Of a stretch of DNA of 64,000 nt, positions 30,551-41,251 are shown piece by piece. How positions within the stretch are numbered: position 1 is the stretch's first letter; every line of letters begins with the position of its first letter. The translations under genes and the position numbers were made by a program. A model generated the notes under the pieces. That model was not told the origin of the DNA, searched no databases, and saw only the letters and a list, made by a program, of their open reading frames with translations. Source of the stretch: an uncultured Bacilli bacterium (lineage in GTDB: Bacteria > Bacillota_I > Bacilli_A > RF39 > UBA660); assembly GCA_944363885.1 (NCBI GenBank), contig CALVVO010000001.1, positions 4,865 to 68,864 of the forward strand, read 5' to 3'.

Positions 30551-30961
30551 ATGAGAGTTAATAGAACATTACTTAGAGAAAAAATAATGACAATTCTGTA
30601 TCAAATATATATTTATAGAAAAGATAACATTAAATTTAACGTAAATGATGTTATAAAAGAAAATGTTGAGATAGATAATGAATTTGTTAATAAAATTGTC
30701 AATGGAGTACTTGAAAAAGAAAAAGAATTAGATAAATTGATAGATAAATATATGATTGGCTGGACAACAAAGAGACTTGGCAATATTGACCAAGCAATCT
30801 TTAGAATGAGCGTATACGAACTTTTATATTACGATACTCCCAATATTGTCTGTATTAATGAAGGAATAGAACTTTGCAAAAAATATAGTGATGAAAAAGT
30901 AACAGGTCTTTTAAACAGTGTACTTGACAAAATATATGACTTAGAGGTAAAAGATGAATGA
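30551..30961 (+). CDS. nusB: Transcription antitermination factor NusB
   Basis: 136 aa all-helical NusB family (REKIMTILYQIY...AIFRMSVYELLY). Confidence 0.85.
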   Translation: MRVNRTLLREKIMTILYQIYIYRKDNIKFNVNDVIKENVEIDNEFVNKIVNGVLEKEKELDKLIDKYMIGWTTKRLGNIDQAIFRMSVYELLYYDTPNIVCINEGIELCKKYSDEKVTGLLNSVLDKIYDLEVKDE

Positions 30962-32279
30962 ACAAGTTCTAAGTGTAACTGACGTCAACAGATATATAAA
31001 AGACCTTTTTACAATGGATGGATTTTTAAATAATGTTACAGTAAAAGGAGAAATAAGTAATCTAAAAATTCATGGAAGAGGGCATTTATATTTCAGTTTA
31101 AAAGACGAAAACAGTAAAATTAATTGTGTAATGTTTAACTATGCTCCAAAAGTTTCTTTTGAACTAAATGACGGCATGAGTGTACAAGTAAAAGGTAGAG
31201 TAAACGTATATGAAGCAAGTGGTAGCTATCAAATATATGTAAATGAAATGACTAATGATGGAGTAGGAAACTTATACCAATTATTTGAAGAACTAAAAAA
31301 ACGATTAAATAATGAAGGCCTTTTTGATGAAACACATAAACAAAAATTACCAAGGATACCTAAAAAAATAGGTGTCATCACAGCTCCAACAGGAGCAGCA
31401 GTAAAAGACATTATAAGTACGATTAACAAAAGATACCCATTATGTGAAATATTAATTTTTCCAACTTTAGTCCAGGGAGATGGAGCTAAAGAAAATATTG
31501 TAAAAATGATAGAAAAAGCTAACGAAACAGACGTAGATCTAATAATACTAGGACGTGGTGGAGGATCAATCGAAGACTTATGGGCATTTAATGAGGAGAT
31601 AGTGGCAAGAAGTATATATAATAGTAAGATACCTATTATCAGTGCTGTAGGCCATGAAATAGACTTTACAATAAGTGACTTTGTTGCAGACTTAAGAGCC
31701 CCAACACCAACAGGAGCAGCATTAATGGCCGTGCCAGATCAATACGAAATAATGCGATATTTAAACGAATATAAAGGTAGAATTACAAATGTATTAAATA
31801 ACAAACTAAAAAGCGCAAATGAAAAATTAAGCTCAGCTGCAAATAGTTTTATACTCAAAAACATACTAAGTTTGTATTCACCAAAAGAACAAAAACTCGA
31901 CATATTAATTGATAAATTAAATGGACTAATTAATAATAAAATTAGTTATAATACAAATAAATTAAATCAGTTGTTAATAAAATTAAAAGGATTAAATCCT
32001 AGTGAAAAAATTGATTATAATATAGAAAAAATAAAACGACTAGAAAAAAATTTAAATAATTCCATTAGTAACATAATTAAATTTAAAAGCAAAGAACTAA
32101 CAAATTCACAAACAAAAATAGAATTATTAAATCCAACTAATATATTAGATAAAGGTTATTCAATAATAAAAATAAATGACAAAATTATAAAAAGTAAAAA
32201 TGATGTAAAAATAAGTGATAACTTAGATATAATTTTAAAAGACGGAATAATAAATAGTGAAGTAAAAGGAGTGAAATGA
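30954..32279 (+). CDS. xseA: Exodeoxyribonuclease VII large subunit
   Basis: 441 aa with an N-terminal OB fold (VKGEISNLKIHGRGHLYFSLKD), a catalytic core (GVITAPTGAAVKDI, ILGRGGGSIEDLWAFN) and a coiled-coil tail. Confidence 0.9.
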   Translation: MNEQVLSVTDVNRYIKDLFTMDGFLNNVTVKGEISNLKIHGRGHLYFSLKDENSKINCVMFNYAPKVSFELNDGMSVQVKGRVNVYEASGSYQIYVNEMTNDGVGNLYQLFEELKKRLNNEGLFDETHKQKLPRIPKKIGVITAPTGAAVKDIISTINKRYPLCEILIFPTLVQGDGAKENIVKMIEKANETDVDLIILGRGGGSIEDLWAFNEEIVARSIYNSKIPIISAVGHEIDFTISDFVADLRAPTPTGAALMAVPDQYEIMRYLNEYKGRITNVLNNKLKSANEKLSSAANSFILKNILSLYSPKEQKLDILIDKLNGLINNKISYNTNKLNQLLIKLKGLNPSEKIDYNIEKIKRLEKNLNNSISNIIKFKSKELTNSQTKIELLNPTNILDKGYSIIKINDKIIKSKNDVKISDNLDIILKDGIINSEVKGVK

Positions 32280-32497
32280 TGGAAAACGAAACATTTGAAA
32301 GTGCATTATTAAAATTAGAAGACATAATAAGAGAACTAGAAAGTGGAGAAATTGATTTAGACAAAAGTTTAGATAAATATAAAGAAGCAACAACACTTGT
32401 AAACTTTTGTAGTGATAAACTAAAAAATGCACAAGAAACAGTAAATAAAATATTAAAAGAAGATGGAACTTTTGAAGATTTCAATACTAACGAATAA
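32276..32497 (+). CDS. xseB: Exodeoxyribonuclease VII small subunit
   Basis: 73 aa. The motif FESALLKLEDIIRELESGEIDLDKSL is typical of XseB. It overlaps the xseA stop. Confidence 0.85.
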   Translation: MMENETFESALLKLEDIIRELESGEIDLDKSLDKYKEATTLVNFCSDKLKNAQETVNKILKEDGTFEDFNTNE

Positions 32498-32533
32498 CAA
32501 AAGAATTAATTTATAAAATTTAAGGAGAAAAAA

Positions 32534-32881
32534 ATGGATAAAGTAAATTCAAATGACTATTTAAACAAGGACGTACTAGTGAAAATTGATAGAAAGCTTG
32601 GCTCAAAGCATCCGAAGCACGGATTTATTTACACGTTATAATTATGGTTATATTCCTAATACTATAAGCGGAGACGGTGAAGAATTAGATGCATACGTAT
32701 TAGGAGTATATGAACCATTGAAGAATTTGAAGGAAAAGTAATTGCTATTATTCATAGAACTAACGATGAAGATGATAAATTAGTCGTAGCACCAAAAAAT
32801 ATTAATTATTCTGATGACGCTATAAAAGCACTTACAGAATTTCAAGAAAGATTTTTTAACTCAATTATAATTAGAAAATAA
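32534..32881 (+). pseudogene. Inorganic-pyrophosphatase-like gene disrupted by two frameshifts
   Basis: Three consecutive frames read MDKVNSNDYLNKDVLVKIDRKLGSKHPKHGFIYTL* / YNYGYIPNTISGDGEELDAYVLGVYEPLKNLKEK* / EEFEGKVIAIIHRTNDEDDKLVVAPKNINYSDDAIKALTEFQERFFNSIIIRK*. Together these resemble a compact family-I PPase core (NYG[FY]IP.T...DG[DE].LD..VL). RBS AAGGAGA upstream. Confidence 0.45.
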
Positions 32882-32890
32882 AAAAGTAAG

Positions 32891-32924
32891 ACTAATACTC
32901 AAATTTCCAAAGTATTAGTTTTTT
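32891..32924 (+). terminator. Hairpin plus T-run element (copy 1)
   Basis: CTAATACT-caaatttccaa-AGTATTAG followed by TTTTTT. Confidence 0.5.
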
Positions 32925-33068
32925 ATATATATAATTTACAGTAATATTAATAAAAAAATATACCTGAAAAACAATAAAATTCAAAATATGAAGTAATAAA
33001 TTAACTTAATATTAAGTCATGTAATGAAAATAAATTAGCTATTAAAACAAAAAAATGGCAAAAATTTC

Positions 33069-33101
33069 TAATACTTAAATTTCCAAAGTATTAGTTTTTT
33101 T
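33069..33101 (+). terminator. Hairpin plus T-run element (copy 2, near-identical to copy 1)
   Basis: CTAATACT-taaatttccaa-AGTATTAG followed by TTTTTTT. It lies 177 bp downstream of copy 1 and 33 bp before the spoIVB start. Confidence 0.45.
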
Positions 33102-33133
33102 ATTGTAAATATTAATAGTGAGGTGTTAAATTA

Positions 33134-34108
33134 ATGAAAAAAATTATGATATCACTTCTATTAGCCATAATTATGCCATTAGAACTACTTGCTTATTCAG
33201 AATATATAATACCTGGTGGAGAAAACATCGGAATAACTATAAATTCTAAAGGCTTAACAGTAGTAGGTTTTTATAAAGTCGATGATAAATATATTGGAAA
33301 AGAAACACTTAAAGTAGGAGATATAATTACAAAAATAGAAGGGAGTGAAGTAACCACCATCGATGAAATGACTAAAACGATATCTTCAAACATCAAAGAT
33401 GAAAAAATAAACATAACAATAGAACGAAATGGTAAAACAATTGAAACATATTTAAACATTATAAAAGAAGATAATGTATTTAAAACTGGATTATACATTA
33501 AAGAAAAAATAAACGGAGTAGGGACACTTACATATATAGACCCAGTGACTAAAATCTATGGTGCTTTAGGGCATGAAATAACTATGAATGAGACAAATAA
33601 TATAGTAGAAGTAAGATCAGGTAACATTTATGAAAGTTATGTAAACAGTATAGATAGAAGCGCTAATGGAACAGTAGGAAGCAAAAACGCTACAATTGAT
33701 TTTAAAAGTACATTAGGAACTATTGTTGAAAACACAAAAAAAGGAATATTCGGTAGTTATGAAGTAAATATGCCTAATACTGAACCATTAAAGGTTGCAG
33801 ACTTTGATGAAATACAAATAGGAAAAGCATACACATATACAACAATAGATGGAGAAAACAAAGAAAAATATGAAATAGAAATTACAAAAAAAGAAGAAAA
33901 AAGTATAGATACCTCTAAAGCGATAAGTTTTAAAATCACTGATGAAAAATTACTAGAAGAGACTGGAGGAGTAGTACAAGGAATGAGCGGAAGCCCTATA
34001 ATACAAAATAATAAAATAATAGGCGCGGTAACTCACGTAGTAGTAGATGATGTAACAAAAGGTTATGCAATATTTATTAGAACAATGTTAGAAGAAGGCG
34101 AAAATTAG
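33134..34108 (+). CDS. spoIVB: Stage IV sporulation protein B (SpoIVB peptidase, S55)
   Basis: 324 aa with a signal peptide and PDZ domain (LKVGDIITKIEGSEV). Protease motifs GALGHEI and QGMSGSPII. It follows xseAB as in B. subtilis (...recN-spoIVB). Confidence 0.85.
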   Translation: MKKIMISLLLAIIMPLELLAYSEYIIPGGENIGITINSKGLTVVGFYKVDDKYIGKETLKVGDIITKIEGSEVTTIDEMTKTISSNIKDEKINITIERNGKTIETYLNIIKEDNVFKTGLYIKEKINGVGTLTYIDPVTKIYGALGHEITMNETNNIVEVRSGNIYESYVNSIDRSANGTVGSKNATIDFKSTLGTIVENTKKGIFGSYEVNMPNTEPLKVADFDEIQIGKAYTYTTIDGENKEKYEIEITKKEEKSIDTSKAISFKITDEKLLEETGGVVQGMSGSPIIQNNKIIGAVTHVVVDDVTKGYAIFIRTMLEEGEN

Positions 34109-34192
34109 CCTTTTTTCATGTGTAAAACATTATACAACATATATAAAAATACAACTTTAATATGATATAATACATAAGCAAAGGAGTATATT

Positions 34193-34906
34193 ATGAACGA
34201 TGAATATAAAATACCAAACCATGTAGGAATAATAATGGATGGAAATGGTAGATGGGCCACAGAACGAGGGCTCAAAAGAAGTGCTGGACATGCGGCAGGA
34301 TATAAAACATTAAAAAAGTTAGCAGTACATATATTAAATAAAGGTGTAAAATATCTATCAGTATATGCATTCTCAACTGAAAATTTTAAAAGAGATGTAG
34401 AAGAAGTAAATTACTTGATGAATTTATTTGTTAGCAAATTTAAAGAAGAAAAAGACTATTTTATGAAAAAAAATATAAAAGTAGTATTTTCCGGATTAAA
34501 AGATCCATTAAGAAATGACGTTTGGGAAAGTATGCAAGAAATTAGTGAAATGACAAAAAACAACAACGGTGGAACATTTAATATACTATTAAACTACGGC
34601 GGGCAAAGCGAAATAGTAGAAGCCACTAAAAAAATAGTTAATGATGTAATAAATAAAAACATAAGTATTGAAGACATAAACACAGAAAGTTTTAGCCACT
34701 ACTTATTTCAAGATTTACCACCAATTGATTTTATGATTAGAACTAGTGGGGAAGTGAGAGTAAGCAACTTTATGTTATACCAAATAGCTTATGCTGAAAT
34801 GTATTTTCCGAAAGTATATTTTCCAGATTTTGATGAAAAAGAATTTGATATTGCATTAGACGTATATAACAAAAGGGATAGACGTTTTGGAGGAATAAAA
34901 AAATAG
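34193..34906 (+). CDS. uppS: Undecaprenyl diphosphate synthase
   Basis: 237 aa with HVGIIMDGNGRWA, SVYAFSTENFKR and NYGG motifs. Confidence 0.9.
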   Translation: MNDEYKIPNHVGIIMDGNGRWATERGLKRSAGHAAGYKTLKKLAVHILNKGVKYLSVYAFSTENFKRDVEEVNYLMNLFVSKFKEEKDYFMKKNIKVVFSGLKDPLRNDVWESMQEISEMTKNNNGGTFNILLNYGGQSEIVEATKKIVNDVINKNISIEDINTESFSHYLFQDLPPIDFMIRTSGEVRVSNFMLYQIAYAEMYFPKVYFPDFDEKEFDIALDVYNKRDRRFGGIKK

Positions 34907-35094
34907 TTTAAAACTATTTTTTTTTATAAAAAGAATAACATTATAATACTTGATAACATTCCAAGAGTTAAAAGTAAAACAAAACCCCAAGTACATACTC
35001 GTAATAATATCTTTTTCGTTTTCTTTTTCATACAATCACCAAAATAATTATAATATATTTTGCATAGTTTTTAAATAGATAAATATAATTAAGT

Positions 35095-35682
35095 ATGAAA
35101 AAAATAATTAATAAAAAATTTAATTTACCAGTAATTGTAACATTTTTAATTGGAATAGTTTTTGGAATAATATTTATATTTTTTATTAGTGAAGTGGACA
35201 AACTTATCATAAAATCAGAAATAGAAGAATATTTGAGTTTAGTAAGTAATTCTAGTAACACATTAAATTCCATATTAAATAGTTTTAAGAATAACTTACT
35301 ATATTTAACGATAATTTGGGTATCTTCTATAACAATTATATTTACACCAATAGTATTCTTTGTTATATTTTATAAAGGATTTTTAACAGGTTTTTTAATG
35401 AGTAGTTTTATAATGATATTTGGCATAAAAGGTTTTATATATAGTTTAATATTTACATTTCCACATGAAATAATAAACATAATAGTTTTTATACTTTTCT
35501 CAATAATAATGGTATCAATAAGTTACAAAATAATGAAATCTATATACAAGAACGACACAATAAACCTACGAATATTTTGCAAAAAAGTATTCATTTTATA
35601 TATTGCATTTATACTAGTCTTGCTAATTAGCAGCATATTAGAAATATATTTAAATCACTTTATATTAGGTATTTTTTTCTAA
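35095..35682 (+). CDS. spoIIM: Stage II sporulation protein M
   Basis: 195 aa. Multi-TM SpoIIM/DUF95-like architecture (N-terminal TM, soluble helix, four TMs, FPHEIINIIVF segment). Confidence 0.6.
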   Translation: MKKIINKKFNLPVIVTFLIGIVFGIIFIFFISEVDKLIIKSEIEEYLSLVSNSSNTLNSILNSFKNNLLYLTIIWVSSITIIFTPIVFFVIFYKGFLTGFLMSSFIMIFGIKGFIYSLIFTFPHEIINIIVFILFSIIMVSISYKIMKSIYKNDTINLRIFCKKVFILYIAFILVLLISSILEIYLNHFILGIFF

Positions 35683-35714
35683 ATATGTTATACTTTTGTT
35701 AGGTGATTTATCTT

Positions 35715-36806
35715 ATGAAAGTTGTAGTTGGAATAAGTGGTGGAGTTGATAGTGCTGTTGCAGCATACCTACTTATAAAAGAAGGATATGATGTAGTAGG
35801 CCTTTTCATGAAGAATTGGGATAGTAATATAAACAATGATCCAGAAGGAATAACAGAAGGCATATGCCCACAAGAACAAGACTTTATTGATGCAAAAAAT
35901 GCATGTGATATATTAGGTATACCACTTTATAGAGTAGATTTCATAAAAGAATATTGGGATAACGTTTTCACATACTTCTTAAAAGAACTTGAGAAAGGTA
36001 GAACGCCTAACCCAGATATTATGTGTAATAAATATATAAAATTTGATTTATTTTTAAAAGAAGCAAAAAAACTAGGCGCAGACAAAGTAGCAACAGGCCA
36101 TTATGCAAGAATAGAAGGTAATAAACTTTTAAGAGCAGTTGATCTAAACAAAGACCAAACATACTTTTTGTCCCAAGTAAAAGTAGATAATTTTAAAGAC
36201 ATTTTATTTCCAATAGGTAATTTAACCAAACCAGAAGTCAGAAAAATTGCAAAAGAAATAGGATTAAACGTAGCAGATAAAAAAGATAGTACAGGAATAT
36301 GCTTTATCGGAGAAAGGCATTATCAACAATTCGTACAAAACTACATAAAAGGAAGAGAAGGAGACATCGTAAATGTTGAAACAAACGAAGTAATTGGCAA
36401 ACATAATGGTTTAATAAACTATACAATAGGTCAAAGAAGAAACGTTGGATTAAGCGGTGACGATAAAAGGCACTACGTATGTGGGAAAAATGTTGAAAAA
36501 AACATATTATACGTTGCATACGGAGAGGATAACAAATATCTTATGAGTGATGAAGCAGTCATAGAAGAAATGAACTATATAGGTAGTGAAAAGCCAACAT
36601 TTGCAACTTGTAAATTTAGATATAGAGCAGAAGACGTACCAATAAGAATAGAATATCTAAATGAAAAAGAAATAATAGTGAGATACGACTCTGCAAAAGC
36701 TGTTACGCCAGGCCAAGCATGCGTAATATATTTAGGAAATGAATGCATTGGTGGCGGAATTATCAAAGAAGTTAGGAAAAATGGAGAAAAGCTTTGGTAT
36801 CTATAA
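35715..36806 (+). CDS. mnmA: tRNA-specific 2-thiouridylase MnmA
   Basis: 363 aa from MKVVVGISGGVDSAV (PP-loop). Catalytic Cys motifs and a C-terminal beta-barrel. RBS AGGTGA, with ATG at 35715. Confidence 0.9.
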   Translation: MKVVVGISGGVDSAVAAYLLIKEGYDVVGLFMKNWDSNINNDPEGITEGICPQEQDFIDAKNACDILGIPLYRVDFIKEYWDNVFTYFLKELEKGRTPNPDIMCNKYIKFDLFLKEAKKLGADKVATGHYARIEGNKLLRAVDLNKDQTYFLSQVKVDNFKDILFPIGNLTKPEVRKIAKEIGLNVADKKDSTGICFIGERHYQQFVQNYIKGREGDIVNVETNEVIGKHNGLINYTIGQRRNVGLSGDDKRHYVCGKNVEKNILYVAYGEDNKYLMSDEAVIEEMNYIGSEKPTFATCKFRYRAEDVPIRIEYLNEKEIIVRYDSAKAVTPGQACVIYLGNECIGGGIIKEVRKNGEKLWYL

Positions 36807-36880
36807 AATGTAAATTGACACTTGACAGTTATATGTAAAGTGTTTTATAATGATTATAGTAAAGAGGTTAGGAGATTAAT

Positions 36881-37660
36881 ATGAGGAAATTAAGTGATTT
36901 ATTACAAGAAGCTGGTGTTTCAAAAGTTAAATTGGCTAAATATTTAGGAGTATCAAGACAAATGGTTTACAACTATTTAGAATTAAACAGCATAGAAAAT
37001 TGGCCAAGTGAAAAGAGAATTTTAATATGCAAATTATTAGGTATAAGTGAAGAAAAACCAGATGAAGGCTTAGAAAAATTAAAAGTGACTGCCGAATTAA
37101 TGGAGGATATTGAAACAAGACTGGACGCAGCAAATAGGAATTCTAATAATGCAGATATTTATTTTAATATGAACAATTTATCAAAAGACGAACACACATT
37201 AATAAATGACCTTATCTTTTTAATTAAAGAGAAATTTAGCGATGAAAAAAACAAGGACACATATTACGAATTTTTATATTTATATCATGTGTTACAATCA
37301 ATAGATAATATACCTGAAATTAAGTACATATTTGCATACTTAAGCAAAACTTTAGGTTTAACAGATCCAAACGAATATAAATTTGATGAAAATTCACAAT
37401 TTATTTTAGAAAGCATAGTATTCACTGCAATGAACTTATATAATAATGGTGGAGCAACTAAAAGCAAACTTATTGCATCTCACGACAGATTTGTGCAAGA
37501 AATCGAAAGCAAAAAAGAAGAAGCTTTAAGTAGAACTCAACAAATAAACACTATAAAATTACAGGCATTAAGAGAATTAGGATATACTTCATTAACTAGC
37601 GAAAATGCTCAAGAAGTTTTAAATAAAATAGCAGAAATTGAAACAAGAAAAGTGGGATAA
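36881..37660 (+). CDS. Helix-turn-helix domain protein (putative regulator)
   Basis: 259 aa. N-terminal HTH (VSKVKLAKYLGVSRQMVYNYLE); the rest is uncharacterised. Confidence 0.5.
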   Translation: MRKLSDLLQEAGVSKVKLAKYLGVSRQMVYNYLELNSIENWPSEKRILICKLLGISEEKPDEGLEKLKVTAELMEDIETRLDAANRNSNNADIYFNMNNLSKDEHTLINDLIFLIKEKFSDEKNKDTYYEFLYLYHVLQSIDNIPEIKYIFAYLSKTLGLTDPNEYKFDENSQFILESIVFTAMNLYNNGGATKSKLIASHDRFVQEIESKKEEALSRTQQINTIKLQALRELGYTSLTSENAQEVLNKIAEIETRKVG

Positions 37661-37720
37661 ACAAATAGCTATTTTTCTACTTTCTCAACTTCCGATAATA
37701 TATATTATGTTAAGTTATAA

Positions 37721-38470
37721 CTAAAACAATAAATGATTAATTAATATTATCACTACTCCCAGCAACATACCCAACTTAATTTGCTTACCTTCATTATATT
37801 TAATAGCTTCTGGAAACAATTCATTTATAGAAATTGTTATCATAATTCCAGCAACTATTATTAATACATAACTTATTGTAAGCATATTTATATATTGTTT
37901 CAAAAAAAGAAATGCTACTATAGCCCCTAAGGGTTCAGCTAAAGCAGAGATAAACGTGTAAAGTATGCCCCTCCCCTTTTTACCCGTAGAATAGTAGAGT
38001 GGAACAGCTATGCTAATGCCTTCAGGTATATTATGCATCATAATAGCTAAACTAAGGCTTATACCAATACTTAAATCACTATAAGAAGTCATAAAAGTTG
38101 CAATTCCCTCAGGAAAATTGTGTAACATAAGTGCAATCATATTTAATATACCCAACTTAAAGAGGTTTGAATCTTTACTCTTGTTTACCTTAATATTTCT
38201 ATCTAATATGCTAACTAATATTGCCCCTACTATGAATAAAACAACCGTTATAATTATACTTTTAATCAAGCTAAAATTGCTATTTAGTTCAATAAAAGAC
38301 GATGGTAATAAATCAATTATTGAAATAGTTATCATAACACTCAAAGAAAAACTTAAACAAAATGATATGAATTTTTCTTTATTTTTAATTTTAAAAAATA
38401 CTATACAGCCACCTATTACTGTTGAAAGTCCAGCAATAGTTGTTATTATTAATGCTATTATCTCTCTCAT
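37721..38470 (-). CDS. zupT: ZIP-family zinc/metal transporter
   Basis: 249 aa with eight TM helices and HNFPEGIATF / HNIPEGISIAVP metal-binding motifs. Confidence 0.85.
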   Translation of the reverse strand: MREIIALIITTIAGLSTVIGGCIVFFKIKNKEKFISFCLSFSLSVMITISIIDLLPSSFIELNSNFSLIKSIIITVVLFIVGAILVSILDRNIKVNKSKDSNLFKLGILNMIALMLHNFPEGIATFMTSYSDLSIGISLSLAIMMHNIPEGISIAVPLYYSTGKKGRGILYTFISALAEPLGAIVAFLFLKQYINMLTISYVLIIVAGIMITISINELFPEAIKYNEGKQIKLGMLLGVVIILINHLLF

Positions 38471-38512
38471 ATTAAATATTATTTAAAACATTTTAATTAA
38501 TTACTCCTTATC

Positions 38513-41110
38513 TTAATCGTCATTAAATATTCTTACAATAAATGGTTTTAGTAGTTCTATTACTATAAATGAAACCAAATTAATAATTATAACGTATAAA
38601 AATTGAGCCCAAGTAATTGTAACTAAACCAAATAATTTACCTATCGGTGTAAAGAATACTAACATTTGCACAAACATTAAGCCTAGTATACCAATATTTA
38701 AATATTTATTCGAAAATATACCTTTTGTATATATCTGTTCTTTTAAACTTCTACAGTTGTATACAAATACAAACTCATTTATCACTACACTCAATAACGC
38801 TAATGTTTGAGCTACGCTAGAACCTAAATCTAGAAAATGGTAGTACACTATTAGGCTTATTCCAGCTTCAAGTATTACTGATATTATAAGAAAAGCAGTA
38901 AAATACTTTGTAAATATTTTTTTGTTTAAACCATTTGGTTTTCTATCCATTATATTTTTTGATGCACTTTCAAATGCTAACGTTATAGATGGTATAGTAT
39001 CAGCAATTAAGTCTATATAAAGAACATGTATTGCAGAAATAATTGTATTTCCTGTAAACATTCCGACTAATATAATTACTATTTCAGTAAAATTACTTGA
39101 CAAATTATAAAGAATGTTTGATATTACATTATCATAAATTCTTCTTCCCTCACTTACAGCAGTAGTTATAGTGCTGTAACTATCATCAAGTAAAATAATA
39201 TCAGAAACATCTTTTGTAACATCCGTTCCACTTTTTCCCATGCCTATTCCAACGTTTGCTAGTTTGATTGCTGGAGCATCATTTACACCGTCTCCTGTCA
39301 TTGCAACCACCCTACCTTCTCGTTGTAAAACTTTTACTATTTTTAATTTATGTTCTGGGCTAACTCTTGCAAATACTGAATATTTATTTATATATTCTTC
39401 TAACTCATCATCAGACAAATTATCTAACTGTGAAGCATTAATGCATTCCTGTTCACTATTACAGATTCCTACTTCTTTAGCAATACTAGTTGCTGTCGCT
39501 AAATTATCACCAGTTAACATGATTGGCCTAATATTGGCTTTCTTACACGTATTTATTGCTTCAACTATATTTTCCCTTACTGGATCTTTTAAACCTACTA
39601 AACCTAGTAAAATCAAATCATTTTCTTCTCTTACATAATTAGTTTCATTTTCAAGACTTTTATACGCAAAAGCGAGTACTTTTAATCCTTCCCTAGCCAT
39701 CTTTATTTCTGCATCTATATAGTAGTCTTTAATACTTTCACTAATTTTTACTATTTTGCCATCAACTAATACTTCTTTAGATTTTTTTAACAAAGATTCA
39801 AAACTACCTTTAGTATAAATATACTTTTTATCATTTATTTCACAAATTACACTCATCATCTTTCTATCTGAGTCAAAAGGCAATTCATGAATAACTTTAA
39901 AATCTATTTCATCAAGTTTATGTTCACTTAGAAAGTTTTTTATTGCTACATCTACAGAGTCACCATAATATTCATTTTTATCGTTTATATGCGCAGTATT
40001 ACATATATTCATAACTTCAATTAGTTGCTGTTCTTCAGTTAAATTTACTTTATCCTTTACTTTAGAATAACAATATAATTCAATCACTTCAAGTTTATTT
40101 TCAGTAATTGTTCCCGTTTTATCAGTACATATTATATTTGTTGCACCTAACGTTTCTATAGCAGCTAGATTTCTAACAATTGACTTTTTTTTAGCCATTT
40201 GACTTACACCAATTGATAAAGTAGCAGTTATAGCAATTGGTAAACATTCTGGAACACTTGCAACTATCATTGATATACATAACATTGCAATATTTAAAAC
40301 AGTATAATCATTTATAATTCCGTAAACCAAAACAAAACATACTAATATACTTGCAATAATTGTGATAAATTTGCTTATTTTTTCTACTTTAACTTGTAAA
40401 GGTGTTAAAGGTTCTTCATCTGTATCTATGACTTTAGCTATTTTACCTAGTTCGGTATTCATTCCAGTAGCAGTAACTATCGCTTCTAGTTTTCCTGAAA
40501 CTAAAATAGTTCCACTATAAACCATATTAGATCTTTCTGAAATTGAAACTTTTTTATTAATAATTATATTATTCTTTTCTACGTTTAAACTTTCACCAGT
40601 TAAAATAGACTCATCAACTTTTGCATAATAACTTTCAATTATTCTTGCATCAGCCGGTATTTTATCTCCTGATTCCAATAATATTATGTCACCTATCACT
40701 AAATTCTTAGCATCTATTTTCTTATATTTGTTATTTCTTTTAACGCTTACATAATTAGTAGTATACTTTTTTAATTTACCAATTGCATCTTCTGCTTTAG
40801 ATTCTTGCAAAAATCCCATAAAACAATTAATCATTGATGTGCCAAGTATAACAATAGGTTCTAAAAAATCACCATTCTCTAAAATAGCATATATAAGAGA
40901 CAAAAAGCCAACGACCAATAAAAGTATAATCATTATATTTTTAAACTGTTTTAAAAATAACTCAATCTTGGTTTTTTTATTTTGTTCAACTAATACATTT
41001 TTACCGTATTTTTTTAATAATTTTTTATGATTAGAAGGACTTAACCCCTTACTTGATGTGTTAAATTCTTTATATAGTTCTTCTATAGTTTTTTGATATA
41101 TTTCTTTCAT
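38513..41110 (-). CDS. P-type cation-transporting ATPase (Ca2+-type, P2)
   Basis: 865 aa with DKTGTIT phosphorylation site, TGDNLATA, MTGDGVNDAPAIK and ten TM helices. Confidence 0.85.
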   Translation of the reverse strand: MKEIYQKTIEELYKEFNTSSKGLSPSNHKKLLKKYGKNVLVEQNKKTKIELFLKQFKNIMIILLLVVGFLSLIYAILENGDFLEPIVILGTSMINCFMGFLQESKAEDAIGKLKKYTTNYVSVKRNNKYKKIDAKNLVIGDIILLESGDKIPADARIIESYYAKVDESILTGESLNVEKNNIIINKKVSISERSNMVYSGTILVSGKLEAIVTATGMNTELGKIAKVIDTDEEPLTPLQVKVEKISKFITIIASILVCFVLVYGIINDYTVLNIAMLCISMIVASVPECLPIAITATLSIGVSQMAKKKSIVRNLAAIETLGATNIICTDKTGTITENKLEVIELYCYSKVKDKVNLTEEQQLIEVMNICNTAHINDKNEYYGDSVDVAIKNFLSEHKLDEIDFKVIHELPFDSDRKMMSVICEINDKKYIYTKGSFESLLKKSKEVLVDGKIVKISESIKDYYIDAEIKMAREGLKVLAFAYKSLENETNYVREENDLILLGLVGLKDPVRENIVEAINTCKKANIRPIMLTGDNLATATSIAKEVGICNSEQECINASQLDNLSDDELEEYINKYSVFARVSPEHKLKIVKVLQREGRVVAMTGDGVNDAPAIKLANVGIGMGKSGTDVTKDVSDIILLDDSYSTITTAVSEGRRIYDNVISNILYNLSSNFTEIVIILVGMFTGNTIISAIHVLYIDLIADTIPSITLAFESASKNIMDRKPNGLNKKIFTKYFTAFLIISVILEAGISLIVYYHFLDLGSSVAQTLALLSVVINEFVFVYNCRSLKEQIYTKGIFSNKYLNIGILGLMFVQMLVFFTPIGKLFGLVTITWAQFLYVIIINLVSFIVIELLKPFIVRIFNDD

Positions 41111-41251
41111 AACAATACCTTTCTACTTAACAATTATACAATAATATATTAGTATTTACAAATGTAAACCAATTATTTCCAATGAATTAAATATTATTTA
41201 AGTATTAATAGTTTTTTAATGACAATAATAATAACAGGTGGTGATAAAATA

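Noticed and set aside
35028-35273. 81-aa minus-strand ORF overlapping the spoIIM start
   Set aside because: It overlaps a better-supported plus-strand membrane protein gene. It has no RBS and hydrophobic low-complexity content.
38513-41110. P-type ATPase plus ZupT plus HTH regulator as a possible metal-resistance island
   Set aside because: There are no integrase, transposase, flanking repeats or compositional shift. They look like ordinary chromosomal transport genes.
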